10,705 nucleotides of DNA from Candidatus Sericytochromatia bacterium (GTDB taxonomy: Bacteria > Cyanobacteriota > Sericytochromatia > S15B-MN24 > JAQBPE01), in assembly GCA_040400605.1 (NCBI GenBank), contig JBBAPZ010000042.1:1-10705 (forward strand), read 5' to 3'. Numbering within the stretch: position 1 is the stretch's first letter; every line of letters starts with the position of its first letter. Below are positions 1 to 7,424 of the stretch, one piece after another. A program made the translations under genes and the position numbers. Under the pieces are notes generated by a model. The model saw only the letters and a program-made list of their open reading frames with translations, had not been told where the DNA came from and did not search any database.

Positions 1-956
1 ACAGATTTGATGGGGCGAAGGGTTGCGATGCGTGCGATCGCCTGTTCGACCTCGGCAAACATCTCGGGGCCGCCGTGCCCTTCCGACGCGATGACGATAA
101 ACTCGCTTCCGGGCCACGCCTGATGCAGATTCCAGGCAGTTAGCATCGGCGAGCTCACATCATAGCGGCCGTGAATCAGCACACCGGGAATGCCAGCCAG
201 CCGCGACATCCCGGTTTGAATCGCCCCGTCGGCGATAAAGCCTGTGTGCTTCCAGTAGTGGATGACCAGCGTCGCGAAGTTCAGGCGTGACTCAGGGTCC
301 TCGAAGAGCGGCATGGGCTTAAACGCAGGATCGAGGGACACGTGAACGTTTTCCCAGTCGCACCAGGCATCGGCGGCGGCTGCCCGCACATCCGGACAGG
401 GGTCCAGGATGCGCTCGTAGTAAGCATCTATCAGGCGCTGCCCGGGCTTACGCCCACTGGCATGCTCAAACTGCGCCCACTCCCGCGGGAAGATGGCCTG
501 CATGTGTTCCGTGAGCCAGTCGATTTCGAACCTTGTGGTCGTGTTGACCGCTGCGAGGACGATTCCATCCACCCTTTCAGGATGCGCCTGCGCGTAGGCA
601 AGGGCGAGCGTGCAACCCCAGGAAACGCCCAGCAGCAGCCAGGATTCAATCCCCAGGTGCACACGCAGGGCTTCGATGTCCGCAGTCAACGCTTGCGTGT
701 TGTTGCTTGCGAGATCCGCTCCCGATTCAGCAGCCAAGGGCCGGCTGCGCCCGCAGCCGCGCTGTTCGAAAGAGACGATCAGAAACCGGTCGGGGTCGAA
801 ATGACGGCGATAACCAGCGCCGATGCCACCACCCGGACCACCGTGCAGGTAAAGGGCCGGCTGACCGTGCGGGTTCCCGGAGGCCTCCCAGTAAATCGTG
901 TGTCCGTCAGTAACGGATATATGGCCACTGGTAAATGGCTCGATGGGAGCAAACAT
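1..956 (-). CDS. pip: Proline iminopeptidase (prolyl aminopeptidase, peptidase S33); 3' end runs off the window
   Basis: Manual translation from ATG at 956, preceded by a GGAGG RBS: MFAPIEPFTSGHISVTDGHTIYWEASGNPHGQPALYLHGGPGGG...LLGVSWG...LIHGRYDVSSP...EGHGG. This has the HGGPG oxyanion motif, the GxSWG nucleophile and the catalytic Asp and His motifs. The stop lies outside the window, so the ORF track missed it. Confidence 0.93.
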   Translation of the reverse strand, partial: MFAPIEPFTSGHISVTDGHTIYWEASGNPHGQPALYLHGGPGGGIGAGYRRHFDPDRFLIVSFEQRGCGRSRPLAAESGADLASNNTQALTADIEALRVHLGIESWLLLGVSWGCTLALAYAQAHPERVDGIVLAAVNTTTRFEIDWLTEHMQAIFPREWAQFEHASGRKPGQRLIDAYYERILDPCPDVRAAAADAWCDWENVHVSLDPAFKPMPLFEDPESRLNFATLVIHYWKHTGFIADGAIQTGMSRLAGIPGVLIHGRYDVSSPMLTAWNLHQAWPGSEFIVIASEGHGGPEMFAEVEQAIARIATLRPIKS

Positions 957-1239
957 GCAAAGCCTCCTGCTTGGCGACATCAAGGGTTCAGTCTGGCAAA
1001 CCGGCAGCCATATTGTAGCGCGTCCTCAGAGAGAGGAGGAGGGACTGCTGTCAGGCGCGCAACCTCTGCAGGCAGTTTCATGGGGTGCTAAGCACAACCG
1101 GGGCGAAATCTCTGAGGATCGAAATCTTCATCTCTGAACACGACTTTAAATTTAAATAGGTTTTAAGAATGTTTGTGTCCCATCCCCCGATAAGGGAGTG
1201 TGTGCGCAAGGTGTTAGTCAAGGCGAAGGGAAGTTTTAA

Positions 1240-1803
1240 ATGACGATTGATGCGAAGAATAACCAGCCCGCAACACGCTGGGTGAAGTGGAACATCGACG
1301 ACACGCTGAAGAGCAACCCCAGTGCACGCGTCTACAGTATTCCTCGTGGGTCTGAAGCACGTGCAGCGAAAGCTGTGCGGGATAGTGGCCAGGATGTCGT
1401 GCAATTCAAAATTGGTGACGATTCGTATGTTTTGACGGGTCGGGGCCTCAATCCGCCACCGGAGAGCCTGGGCATTCACGCGAAAGACGTTGTCATGAAG
1501 TTTAAGGGAAAGCAGGGCATCATGGGAACTCCGCTTGATCGGCCAGGCACGGTTTCAGAAGCGTTTGGTCAGTCCGCCGACCGCTGGCTTAAACTCACTC
1601 TGCTACCCGGAGTTATCCTATGTCTTTCAGCATTTAGTAGAGGGGCATCGGGAGGAGGAGCGGGGTCCGCTTACCAATTTATAGCCGGGTTGGTTGGTCC
1701 GTTTATCGTGGCGGGTGTGGCTGGTTTGCGTGGTGTGACTCAGTGGCAGGCAAAGAAGGACCAGTCACTAGACCCGAAGCTGTTCGTGCCGGTCGCCAAG
1801 TAG
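1240..1803 (+). CDS. Hypothetical membrane protein (soluble N-domain, two C-terminal hydrophobic helices)
   Basis: 187-aa ORF with ATG after purine-rich AAGGGAAG and an AT-rich upstream region. Hydrophobic stretches WLKLTLLPGVILCLSAF and YQFIAGLVGPFIVAGVAGL are joined by a Gly-rich loop. No family recognised. Confidence 0.65.
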   Translation: MTIDAKNNQPATRWVKWNIDDTLKSNPSARVYSIPRGSEARAAKAVRDSGQDVVQFKIGDDSYVLTGRGLNPPPESLGIHAKDVVMKFKGKQGIMGTPLDRPGTVSEAFGQSADRWLKLTLLPGVILCLSAFSRGASGGGAGSAYQFIAGLVGPFIVAGVAGLRGVTQWQAKKDQSLDPKLFVPVAK

Positions 1804-2024
1804 ACTATTCACGTGGCAATCCACCACGCGACGCTGGGTTGTCAAGCTTTTTACTTTCGTTGCGAAAAGGCTGCTGGTAGAAGTGTGCTGCGCCAGCATC
1901 ATGGGCGTACAGCCCGCAAGTGCGAAGCGAATTGAACGCTGAAATCAAGCACAAGCAACAAAGTGCCGGCCTCATCGCTCGCCTGAAGTCAACGGCGCAT
2001 GTGCCCGGAAGTCAACCAACCCCA

Positions 2025-2231
2025 TTCAACGGCGAAGCGGACACCCAGGTGGCAGCCGCGCCCAATCTGGCGGCCATTCGCCAGTCGGTCGAATCGAATG
2101 GCAACAAGGCCGTCACCACCGTTGCGTTGCCACATCTCAATCACCTGCTGCAAACCTGCCAAACCGGGCTTCCGTCAGAGTATGGCTTGCTAAGCGAGAC
2201 ACTTGCACCTGCCGCCATGTTGCTCTGGATT
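2025..2231 (+). pseudogene. C-terminal remnant of an alpha/beta-fold serine hydrolase
   Basis: Within ORF 1920..2306, FNGEADTQVAAAPNLAAIRQ...LPHLNHLLQTCQTGLPSEYGLLSETLAP resembles the NGxxDxQV (catalytic Asp) and LPxLNHLFQ..TG.PSEY (catalytic His) tail of bacterial alpha/beta hydrolases. No upstream GxSxG was found. Confidence 0.7.
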
Positions 2232-2489
2232 AACGGTGATACGCGCCAGGAGACTCATCCATCCCCCACGTCAAAACGCTACGCTTTATGGGCCCCCCAC
2301 TGTTAACTATACCCGCTTCCGTTTAGGGGCTGCTGCATATGTAGCAGGAATCTCCTCGTGCAATCGGTTTTTTCGCATCAGCCACTTGATTGACTGAGCG
2401 TGTTGAAGCGGTTGCTGTTACCATCCGATTTGGCCCCAACCTGCTCGCCAGATGTGTGTATGAGCCACTATTTGTCTGTCCTGAACACC

Positions 2490-2663
2490 CTACGACGTCC
2501 GATCGAGCGGCTCGTCATGCAGCACCATCACATGCCCGGCAGAAAGCGCTTGCATCGCGTAAGCCCGGCCTTGCTCATCACTGAATTCGACCTCGAACAC
2601 GCCGGGCGCCGGTTCTTCCCCCACCATCCCCACCTGACCGCGCATCTCAAATTGTGTTGACAT
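2490..2663 (-). pseudogene. Shortened DUF4926-family paralog (57 aa, N-terminal part missing)
   Basis: Manual translation: MSTQFEMRGQVGMVGEEPAPGVFEVEFSDEQGRAYAMQALSAGHVMVLHDEPLDRTS*. The last 50 aa are 41/50 identical to the protein at 5723..5944; the LLDAVALIQDLPERGL segment is absent. Confidence 0.8.
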
Positions 2664-2866
2664 TTGTGGTTAGCTCACTTACGGTCGAATCAAAGAGGTG
2701 GGGCGAGTACCTTTTTGGAGGCGCAAGCGCAACGCCATCCTGTTTGTGGTCAAGCCAGACCCGTTTGATGACACGAAGGCCCCTGATGACGCGCGTCATC
2801 GAAAGACTGAGGCGATGGCGGCACGGTCCAGAACCTGGTATCACGACTGCACCAGTTGAGGCACAG

Positions 2867-3286
2867 ATGAGCGAGCGTGAACCATACACGTTTGATGACC
2901 CGCCTGATGCTGCCAGGGCCGAGTCGGCGATCGCACAGGCCGACGCCAATCTGACCGCACGCGAGGCGTACGACACGGGTGAGCAGGCCGTTGAACACCA
3001 AAGGAAGGCGGACCCGTACAAACCGGAAACTGACAAGCCCCTGGCCCCGGAGAAGAGCTGGGCCAATCGCGCGAAGCCCTATCGCTCGCAGCGCAAAACG
3101 CGAAAGGGTGATCGGATTGGGCACCACCATGCTCAACTGCTGAAGACCGGTGCCCCTGCCCTCAGTCGGGCGGCTCATCACCTTTTGCGCTTCTTTGGGA
3201 ACATGGTGCACACCTTTCTGCGCCACTTTTTGAACTGTCCTTCCGAAGTGTTCTCCTTCCTGGCGATGGTGTTAGAAGGGTTGTAA
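2867..3286 (+). CDS. Hypothetical protein, probably degenerate (MSEREPYTFDDPPDAARAESAIAQAD...)
   Basis: ATG at 2867 has GAGG just upstream and is in frame with ORF 2654..3286. The N-terminal acidic, helical part looks protein-like; the C-terminal part does not. Confidence 0.3.
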   Translation: MSEREPYTFDDPPDAARAESAIAQADANLTAREAYDTGEQAVEHQRKADPYKPETDKPLAPEKSWANRAKPYRSQRKTRKGDRIGHHHAQLLKTGAPALSRAAHHLLRFFGNMVHTFLRHFLNCPSEVFSFLAMVLEGL

Positions 3287-3299
3287 ATCCGCGCTTTTT
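3268..3299 (+). repeat. Dispersed non-coding repeat, copy 1
   Basis: GGTGTTAGAAGGGTTGTAAATCCGCGCTTTTT matches 10568-10599 at 28/32 positions without gaps. Confidence 0.8.
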
Positions 3300-3548
3300 A
3301 ACGGGTAACGAATGGGGTGCTCGTCGTGACCCGTGAACAATGTGCCAGAGGCCGAACAGGACCTCGCTTTCGTGCGCAACCTGGTGGACCTCACGCGCGA
3401 ACATGGCGAGGACATTCGCTTTGGTTTGTGCGATGGCGTCACGGCGGTGGGGATGCGCAGCGCATCCGTGTTGCCTGGCGCGTGATGCCGTCTACGGCGC
3501 GCGAGCAAGGGCGGCGAACAGTCGCGCCCCATATGCGTCCACAGATAG

Positions 3549-4355
3549 CTACCGGCGCTTCTCTGCGATCGCCTGCAACACGTCTTGAGCCAACGCCCCA
3601 CAACTCGCCCTTACCAATTCCTCATTCTCAAGGCCGGTAAGGGCGCGCGCGACCATATTACAACCCGCCGCGAGCGGTGAAGCAAACAGCTGATGCAACA
3701 ATTGGATGGCATCGGCAGTGACCGTCGCGGCAGTGCTTTCATCCCATAATCGAGAAAACCGAACGGCAAATTCCTCTGGAGCGATCGCCAGGAACAACCG
3801 GTAGACATCGAGCGCATCCTTGTCAACCAACCGTCGAGGCTGGTCAATCCGTTCGGCAATTTTGTGAAGCTTGGCGATCAGCAACGCCGCTGGCCCCGCA
3901 ACCCAGATATCCAAACTGCGTTCATCTGTAGGGTCCAAAGCCGCGATGCGGCAGCGTACCTTATCAATTACCGCTGCTTCCAAGCCCCTTACCCACCGCG
4001 CACACCGGTCACCATGCTCCCCGAGTTTAGCCGAACGGCGCCCCTTCGTGGCGAGCGATTCGGGAACAAGCAGGTCCACTGGCACTGAACGCCCGCCCGC
4101 CACCTCAACCAGCCACGTCCCGACCATTCCACTGCGTTCACCGGATACGAACCCCTTACTGCACAGCATCTGTTCCAGCAGTGGACGATCCGCCAGGATA
4201 CGTGGGTCCAATGCAAGGTCTGCGTCAGCCGTGTAAGGCGCAACCGCCAGGGCACCAACGAGGACAAAGGCGTCACTGTGAGCACCAAGCGCAAAAAGCA
4301 CGTCTAACAGTGCGCGCCGCGCCTCAACGTAGACCTGATCAGGCGCGCCAGACAT
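3549..4355 (-). CDS. Pol-beta-superfamily nucleotidyltransferase, putative type IV TA toxin (AbiEii/MenT-like)
   Basis: Motifs FVLVGA...DADLALD, VDLLVP, LLIAKLHKIAER and KDALDVYRL. The likely start MSGAPD at 4355 has an AGGAG RBS and overlaps the end of the upstream gene, suggesting translational coupling. Confidence 0.8.
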   Translation of the reverse strand: MSGAPDQVYVEARRALLDVLFALGAHSDAFVLVGALAVAPYTADADLALDPRILADRPLLEQMLCSKGFVSGERSGMVGTWLVEVAGGRSVPVDLLVPESLATKGRRSAKLGEHGDRCARWVRGLEAAVIDKVRCRIAALDPTDERSLDIWVAGPAALLIAKLHKIAERIDQPRRLVDKDALDVYRLFLAIAPEEFAVRFSRLWDESTAATVTADAIQLLHQLFASPLAAGCNMVARALTGLENEELVRASCGALAQDVLQAIAEKRR

Positions 4356-5370
4356 CTTTATGCTCCTGCATCCATCCAATCAGCGCCTCCGCTTCAGCAG
4401 GCCCGCGACCTGGGCTGTTCATCAAATCCACCGCGACCTGACCCGGTGCCGCATAAACCACGCCGTCTACCTGCTGCGTGCGCTCAAAAGGGGCAACCCC
4501 CTTGGCCTCGATGATAATGACGTTTCCAGTCGCCTCGACCCGCTTGAGATTCAAGCGCTCGGCCAGGCTCCCTGCATCCTCGGCATAGACCATCGCTAAC
4601 CGCGGCGCAGCAATGGGCGCCAGACGCGCCGCAGCCAGCGAACCCGTCACAGCGTACGTCAAATCACACGATTTCAGTTTCTCAAGCAGAATCGGCAACC
4701 CGCGTGGCTCAAGAAAAAGTCCGTGACGATTGGCTTTGAGAAAGTCATAATCACAAGCCCAGCGCCGAATCGTACCAGCCCAGTCGTTTCCCTCTATTCG
4801 CCCCTTGGCGCTTCGCTGTACCAACCCCTCGCGGTCAAGAAACTCTATCACCCTGGCCGTCGTGCCAAGCGGCAACCCCGCGCGCAAGGCCAGTTCCCGC
4901 ACACCGAGCGGCGGTTTGAAGTCGCACATCGCACGCACGACACGACCTGCCGCATGGCCCTTGAGCGTGCTCAATGGCTGAATATCGGCCCAGGGGTTTT
5001 TCTGGGCACCCTGAGCCTCAATCAATACAGCAGGTCGATCCAGCGCAATTCGCATGTTGCCGGTTGCATCCGCGTAACTGGCACCTGCCTGACGCAAGCG
5101 GCGACGGGTCTCCTCGCTCAAAAACGCCGCTACAACCAGCACTGGCCATTCATCCCTCATCTCCTGAAGAACTTCTGCCACATCCCTGGGGTCCAGCCTT
5201 TCCACTACCCGCACCACCAAACGCCCTTCCGAACCATCCGGCCCCTGCAAGCGGATAACATCTCTCGGGTCACGCGCCAGTGCGATCGCCCAGTTTGGCG
5301 GCGTATAACCACCAAGACGCGTCACCACATCCTGCAATAACTCTGTTCCAAATTTTTGAGCGTTCCGCAT
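4339..5370 (-). CDS. AbiEi-type (AbiEi_2/DUF2186-like) antitoxin and transcriptional regulator with central wHTH
   Basis: Motifs LSEETRRRLRQAGASYADATGN, wHTH GVRELALRAGLPLGTTARVIEFLDREGLV, YAVTGSLAA, GNV and QVAVDLMNSPGRGPAEAEAL. The gene lies directly upstream of an NTase. The start is placed at 5370 because the 5385 ATG falls inside the predicted -10 box. Confidence 0.82.
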   Translation of the reverse strand: MRNAQKFGTELLQDVVTRLGGYTPPNWAIALARDPRDVIRLQGPDGSEGRLVVRVVERLDPRDVAEVLQEMRDEWPVLVVAAFLSEETRRRLRQAGASYADATGNMRIALDRPAVLIEAQGAQKNPWADIQPLSTLKGHAAGRVVRAMCDFKPPLGVRELALRAGLPLGTTARVIEFLDREGLVQRSAKGRIEGNDWAGTIRRWACDYDFLKANRHGLFLEPRGLPILLEKLKSCDLTYAVTGSLAAARLAPIAAPRLAMVYAEDAGSLAERLNLKRVEATGNVIIIEAKGVAPFERTQQVDGVVYAAPGQVAVDLMNSPGRGPAEAEALIGWMQEHKDVWRA

Positions 5371-5467
5371 GACATGGAACAGCATACTCTACGGAACGAC
5401 GCTGAACAAGTTTTGTTCCAAAAATAACGCTGTTCCGCTTAAAACGGAACGATGTTAAAAGTAGAAC
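5345..5467. promoter_or_regulatory. Twin operator array GTTCC-N12-GTTCC-N9-GGAAC-N12-RGAAC, repeated with 70-bp period
   Basis: Unit 1: GTTCC at 5345 and 5362, GGAAC at 5376 and 5393. Unit 2: GTTCC at 5415 and 5432, GGAAC at 5446, AGAAC at 5463. Confidence 0.75.
5381..5409 (-). promoter_or_regulatory. Putative sigma70-type promoter of the - strand TA operon
   Basis: On the - strand, TTGTTC (5409-5404), a 17-nt spacer, then TATGCT (5386-5381), 10 nt before ATG 5370 and embedded in the operator boxes. Confidence 0.5.
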
Positions 5468-5560
5468 ACTCATTTGTGCCCCGAATGCCATTGGTACTGT
5501 GTCCCTTTTTTTCCGCTGGTTCGTCAACGAGGTCAGTTGCTGTCAAAGCCCCTGCTCTAC

Positions 5561-5582
5561 GTGTTAGCGGGGGTGACGAATG
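5561..5582 (+). repeat. Dispersed non-coding repeat, copy 2 (internally shortened)
   Basis: GTGTTAGCGGGGGTG is identical (15/15) to 10569-10583. It continues as GGGTGACGAATG, resembling GGGTAACGAATG at 3303-3314. Confidence 0.65.
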
Positions 5583-5722
5583 CGATGTGCTGCGTTCAGC
5601 TTCGACCGAAGGCCGACGGCGTAACGAATGAGGCGTCCGCGCCGCTGGTTGGTTCATCCCGATCACTGCTCCTCCACAGCATCTGCACCAAACGCGCAAC
5701 AATCCTTGGCGTGTGACGACTT

Positions 5723-5944
5723 CTACGACGCGCGATCAAGCGGCTCGTAGTGAAGCACCATTAAATCCTCAGCCGAAAGCGCTGCCATCGCGTAAGCCCG
5801 GCCTTGCTCATCACTGAATTCAACCTCGAACACCCCGGGCGCCAGTTCCTCCACAACCGTCCCCACCTGACCGCGCGACAATCCGCGCTCCGGGAGGTCC
5901 TGAATCAAAGCCACAGCATCAAGGAGCTGAATGTCACTTTTCAT
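5723..5944 (-). CDS. DUF4926 domain protein (73 aa)
   Basis: MKSDIQLLDAVALIQDLPERGLSRGQVGTVVEELAPGVFEVEFSDEQGRAYA has the typical LDxVxLxxDLP..GL..GxVGTVV...FEVEF pattern. A GGAG RBS precedes ATG 5944. Confidence 0.88.
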   Translation of the reverse strand: MKSDIQLLDAVALIQDLPERGLSRGQVGTVVEELAPGVFEVEFSDEQGRAYAMAALSAEDLMVLHYEPLDRAS

Positions 5945-5958
5945 CGAACACGCTCCAA

Positions 5959-6177
5959 CTACAACACGTAGCAACTGGTAAGTCTGGGAAAATTTTCACC
6001 CGTCCGGACAATCCAGCAGCTTCTTACGCTGACATCCCGCTCAGGACCTCTTATTGCGAAGTCTACTACAAAACGCTGGCCATCTAAATCCTGCTCTGAC
6101 GGAACCGCCTCTTTGGTTTGAGCAGCGTCCAGCAAAATTCTTTTCAGAACATCCGCGTGTTCAGCGCCCAGCTTTAA
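5959..6177 (-). pseudogene. 5'-truncated DUF6883-like gene (usual upstream partner of DUF4926)
   Basis: Manual translation, not in the ORF track because there is no start: LKLGAEHADVLKRILLDAAQTKEAVPSEQDLDGQRFVVDFAIRGPERDVSVRSCWIVRTGENFPRLTSCYVL*. The G-QRF-VD and WI..GE.FPRLTSCY tail is characteristic. It is cut at the IS66 inverted repeat. Confidence 0.75.
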
Positions 6178-6216
6178 GTACGAAGTCGCCCTGGTACGTA
6201 TTGCCAGACACTGCGA

Positions 6217-6248
6217 TATCCCCCACTGATTTGCATCAGTGGGGGATA
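6217..6248. terminator. Perfect 14-bp hairpin downstream of tnpC
   Basis: TATCCCCCACTGAT-TTGC-ATCAGTGGGGGATA. There is no U-tract, so terminator function is uncertain. Confidence 0.45.
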
Positions 6249-6274
6249 AGCTTCAAATCAGGACCAGATAAGCC

Positions 6275-7150
6275 TCAGGCGGTGACGGGTGGCTCCCGAA
6301 CAGCATCAAGCTGTCTTTTGAATTCCTCCAGCAACAGGATTGCCCCCTTGTTGGCGAGTGAATATTCAACAGCCGCCACGATGTAGGCGTGTGGTGAAAC
6401 ACCGACCCGTTTTGCGTTTTCAATGATCGTGTACATCACGGCGGCGTTTTCGGCCCCGCGACGGGAGCGGGAGCCATAAAAGTTTTTTCGTCCCAATACT
6501 GGCGTTCGTATTGCCCGTTCCGCGGCGTTATTGTCGATGTTAACCGCCGGGTTCTCAAGGAAAATCCGCAAGCCTGCTTCAATATTCACCAGATAAGACA
6601 ATGCCTTGGCGAGCCCGGATGAACTGGGTACGTCCGGACGTGCCAACTGCTCTTTCGCCCACGCAAACAATTGATTGATCAACGGTTTGCTCTGTGTTTG
6701 ACGCAAGGCCAACAAATCCGCACCGGGCTCTTTTCCGAGGCGCTCAATCTCATAAAGCTCGTGATAAAGCGCAATCGCGTAGCCGCTTTCGGCTGGCCAG
6801 TTTTTCTCGCAATCAACGAATTTGCGCCTCGCGTGCGCATGGCAGTTCGCGATTGTGAAACGGGGAGGATTGCCTGGTCCATTCTTGGCTGCGGCTGTGT
6901 AACTACTCAAGCCATCGACAATGAGGGTGCCCGAAAAATCACCCAAAAGCGTGAGTGCCGCATCTTTGCTGCGGGAGTCCATGGCGCGGTAAATGGTGTA
7001 TTGGCTGCCAACCACACACCACGTGTAAAAACGTTCATTGTCGGTATGACCATTGGCTAATACAGCCCACGGGGTTTCATCTGCGTGCAGAACATCCTCT
7101 GCCTGAGTGGCCTTCCACATGGCCAAAAACACCGGAAAGAGCGCTGTTTC
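6275..7150 (-). pseudogene. tnpC: IS66 DDE transposase TnpC, N-terminally deleted
   Basis: Motifs VLHADETP, LIVDGLSSY, CHAHARRKF and IDNNAAERAIR..LGRKN. The N-terminal coiled-coil and zinc-finger region is absent, and the first ~25 aa of the tracked ORF overlap tnpB in another frame. Confidence 0.88.
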
Positions 7151-7160
7151 CGGTAAGTTG

Positions 7161-7424
7161 CTAGGGCTTGCTTGAGTCGCCTTTCCACGGTGCGTTAAAT
7201 TTTCCGTGGTTAAGCTGTTTCGCAATAATCATGAACCCTTGGCCATCCCAAAAGAGTACCCGTGCCTGCTTTCGGTTGGCGGCGATAAACAGGAAGAGGT
7301 CACCGCATAGCGGGTCACGCCCCATCCCATTTCGTGCCACAGCTGACAGCCCTTCAAAACTTTTGCGCATGTTCACTGGTTTGCTGCACACCCAGATACG
7401 CGCCTGCCGATTGATGCCAATCAT
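7161..7424 (-). CDS. tnpB: IS66 accessory protein TnpB (orfB), C-terminally shortened
   Basis: PVNMRKSFEGLS...DPLCGDLFLF...VLFWDGQGF...KQL..GKF. It has an ATGA overlap with the tnpA stop and ends at 87 aa. Confidence 0.9.
   Translation of the reverse strand: MIGINRQARIWVCSKPVNMRKSFEGLSAVARNGMGRDPLCGDLFLFIAANRKQARVLFWDGQGFMIIAKQLNHGKFNAPWKGDSSKP

Noticed and set aside
342..1091. 249-aa + strand ORF
   Set aside because: It is the antisense shadow of pip, which carries the recognisable motifs and an RBS.
2330..2347. Near-palindrome CTGCTGCATATGTAGCAG
   Set aside because: It occurs once with no associated gene start or U-tract and could be chance.
3333..3485. Short + frame VNNVPEAEQDLAFVRNLVDLTREHGEDIRFGL...
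   Set aside because: It looks protein-like but is only about 50 codons, with no RBS and no recognisable family.
4723..5340. 205-aa + ORF and other ORFs opposite the TA genes (e.g. 8849..9337, 9297..9884)
   Set aside because: These are antisense shadows of well-supported genes in GC-rich DNA.
5345..5467. GTTC/GAAC boxes as a LexA SOS box or a CRISPR array
   Set aside because: The spacing fits neither GAAC-N4-GTTC nor GTTC-N7-GTTC. The repeats are only 5 bp, with no repeat-spacer structure and no cas genes.
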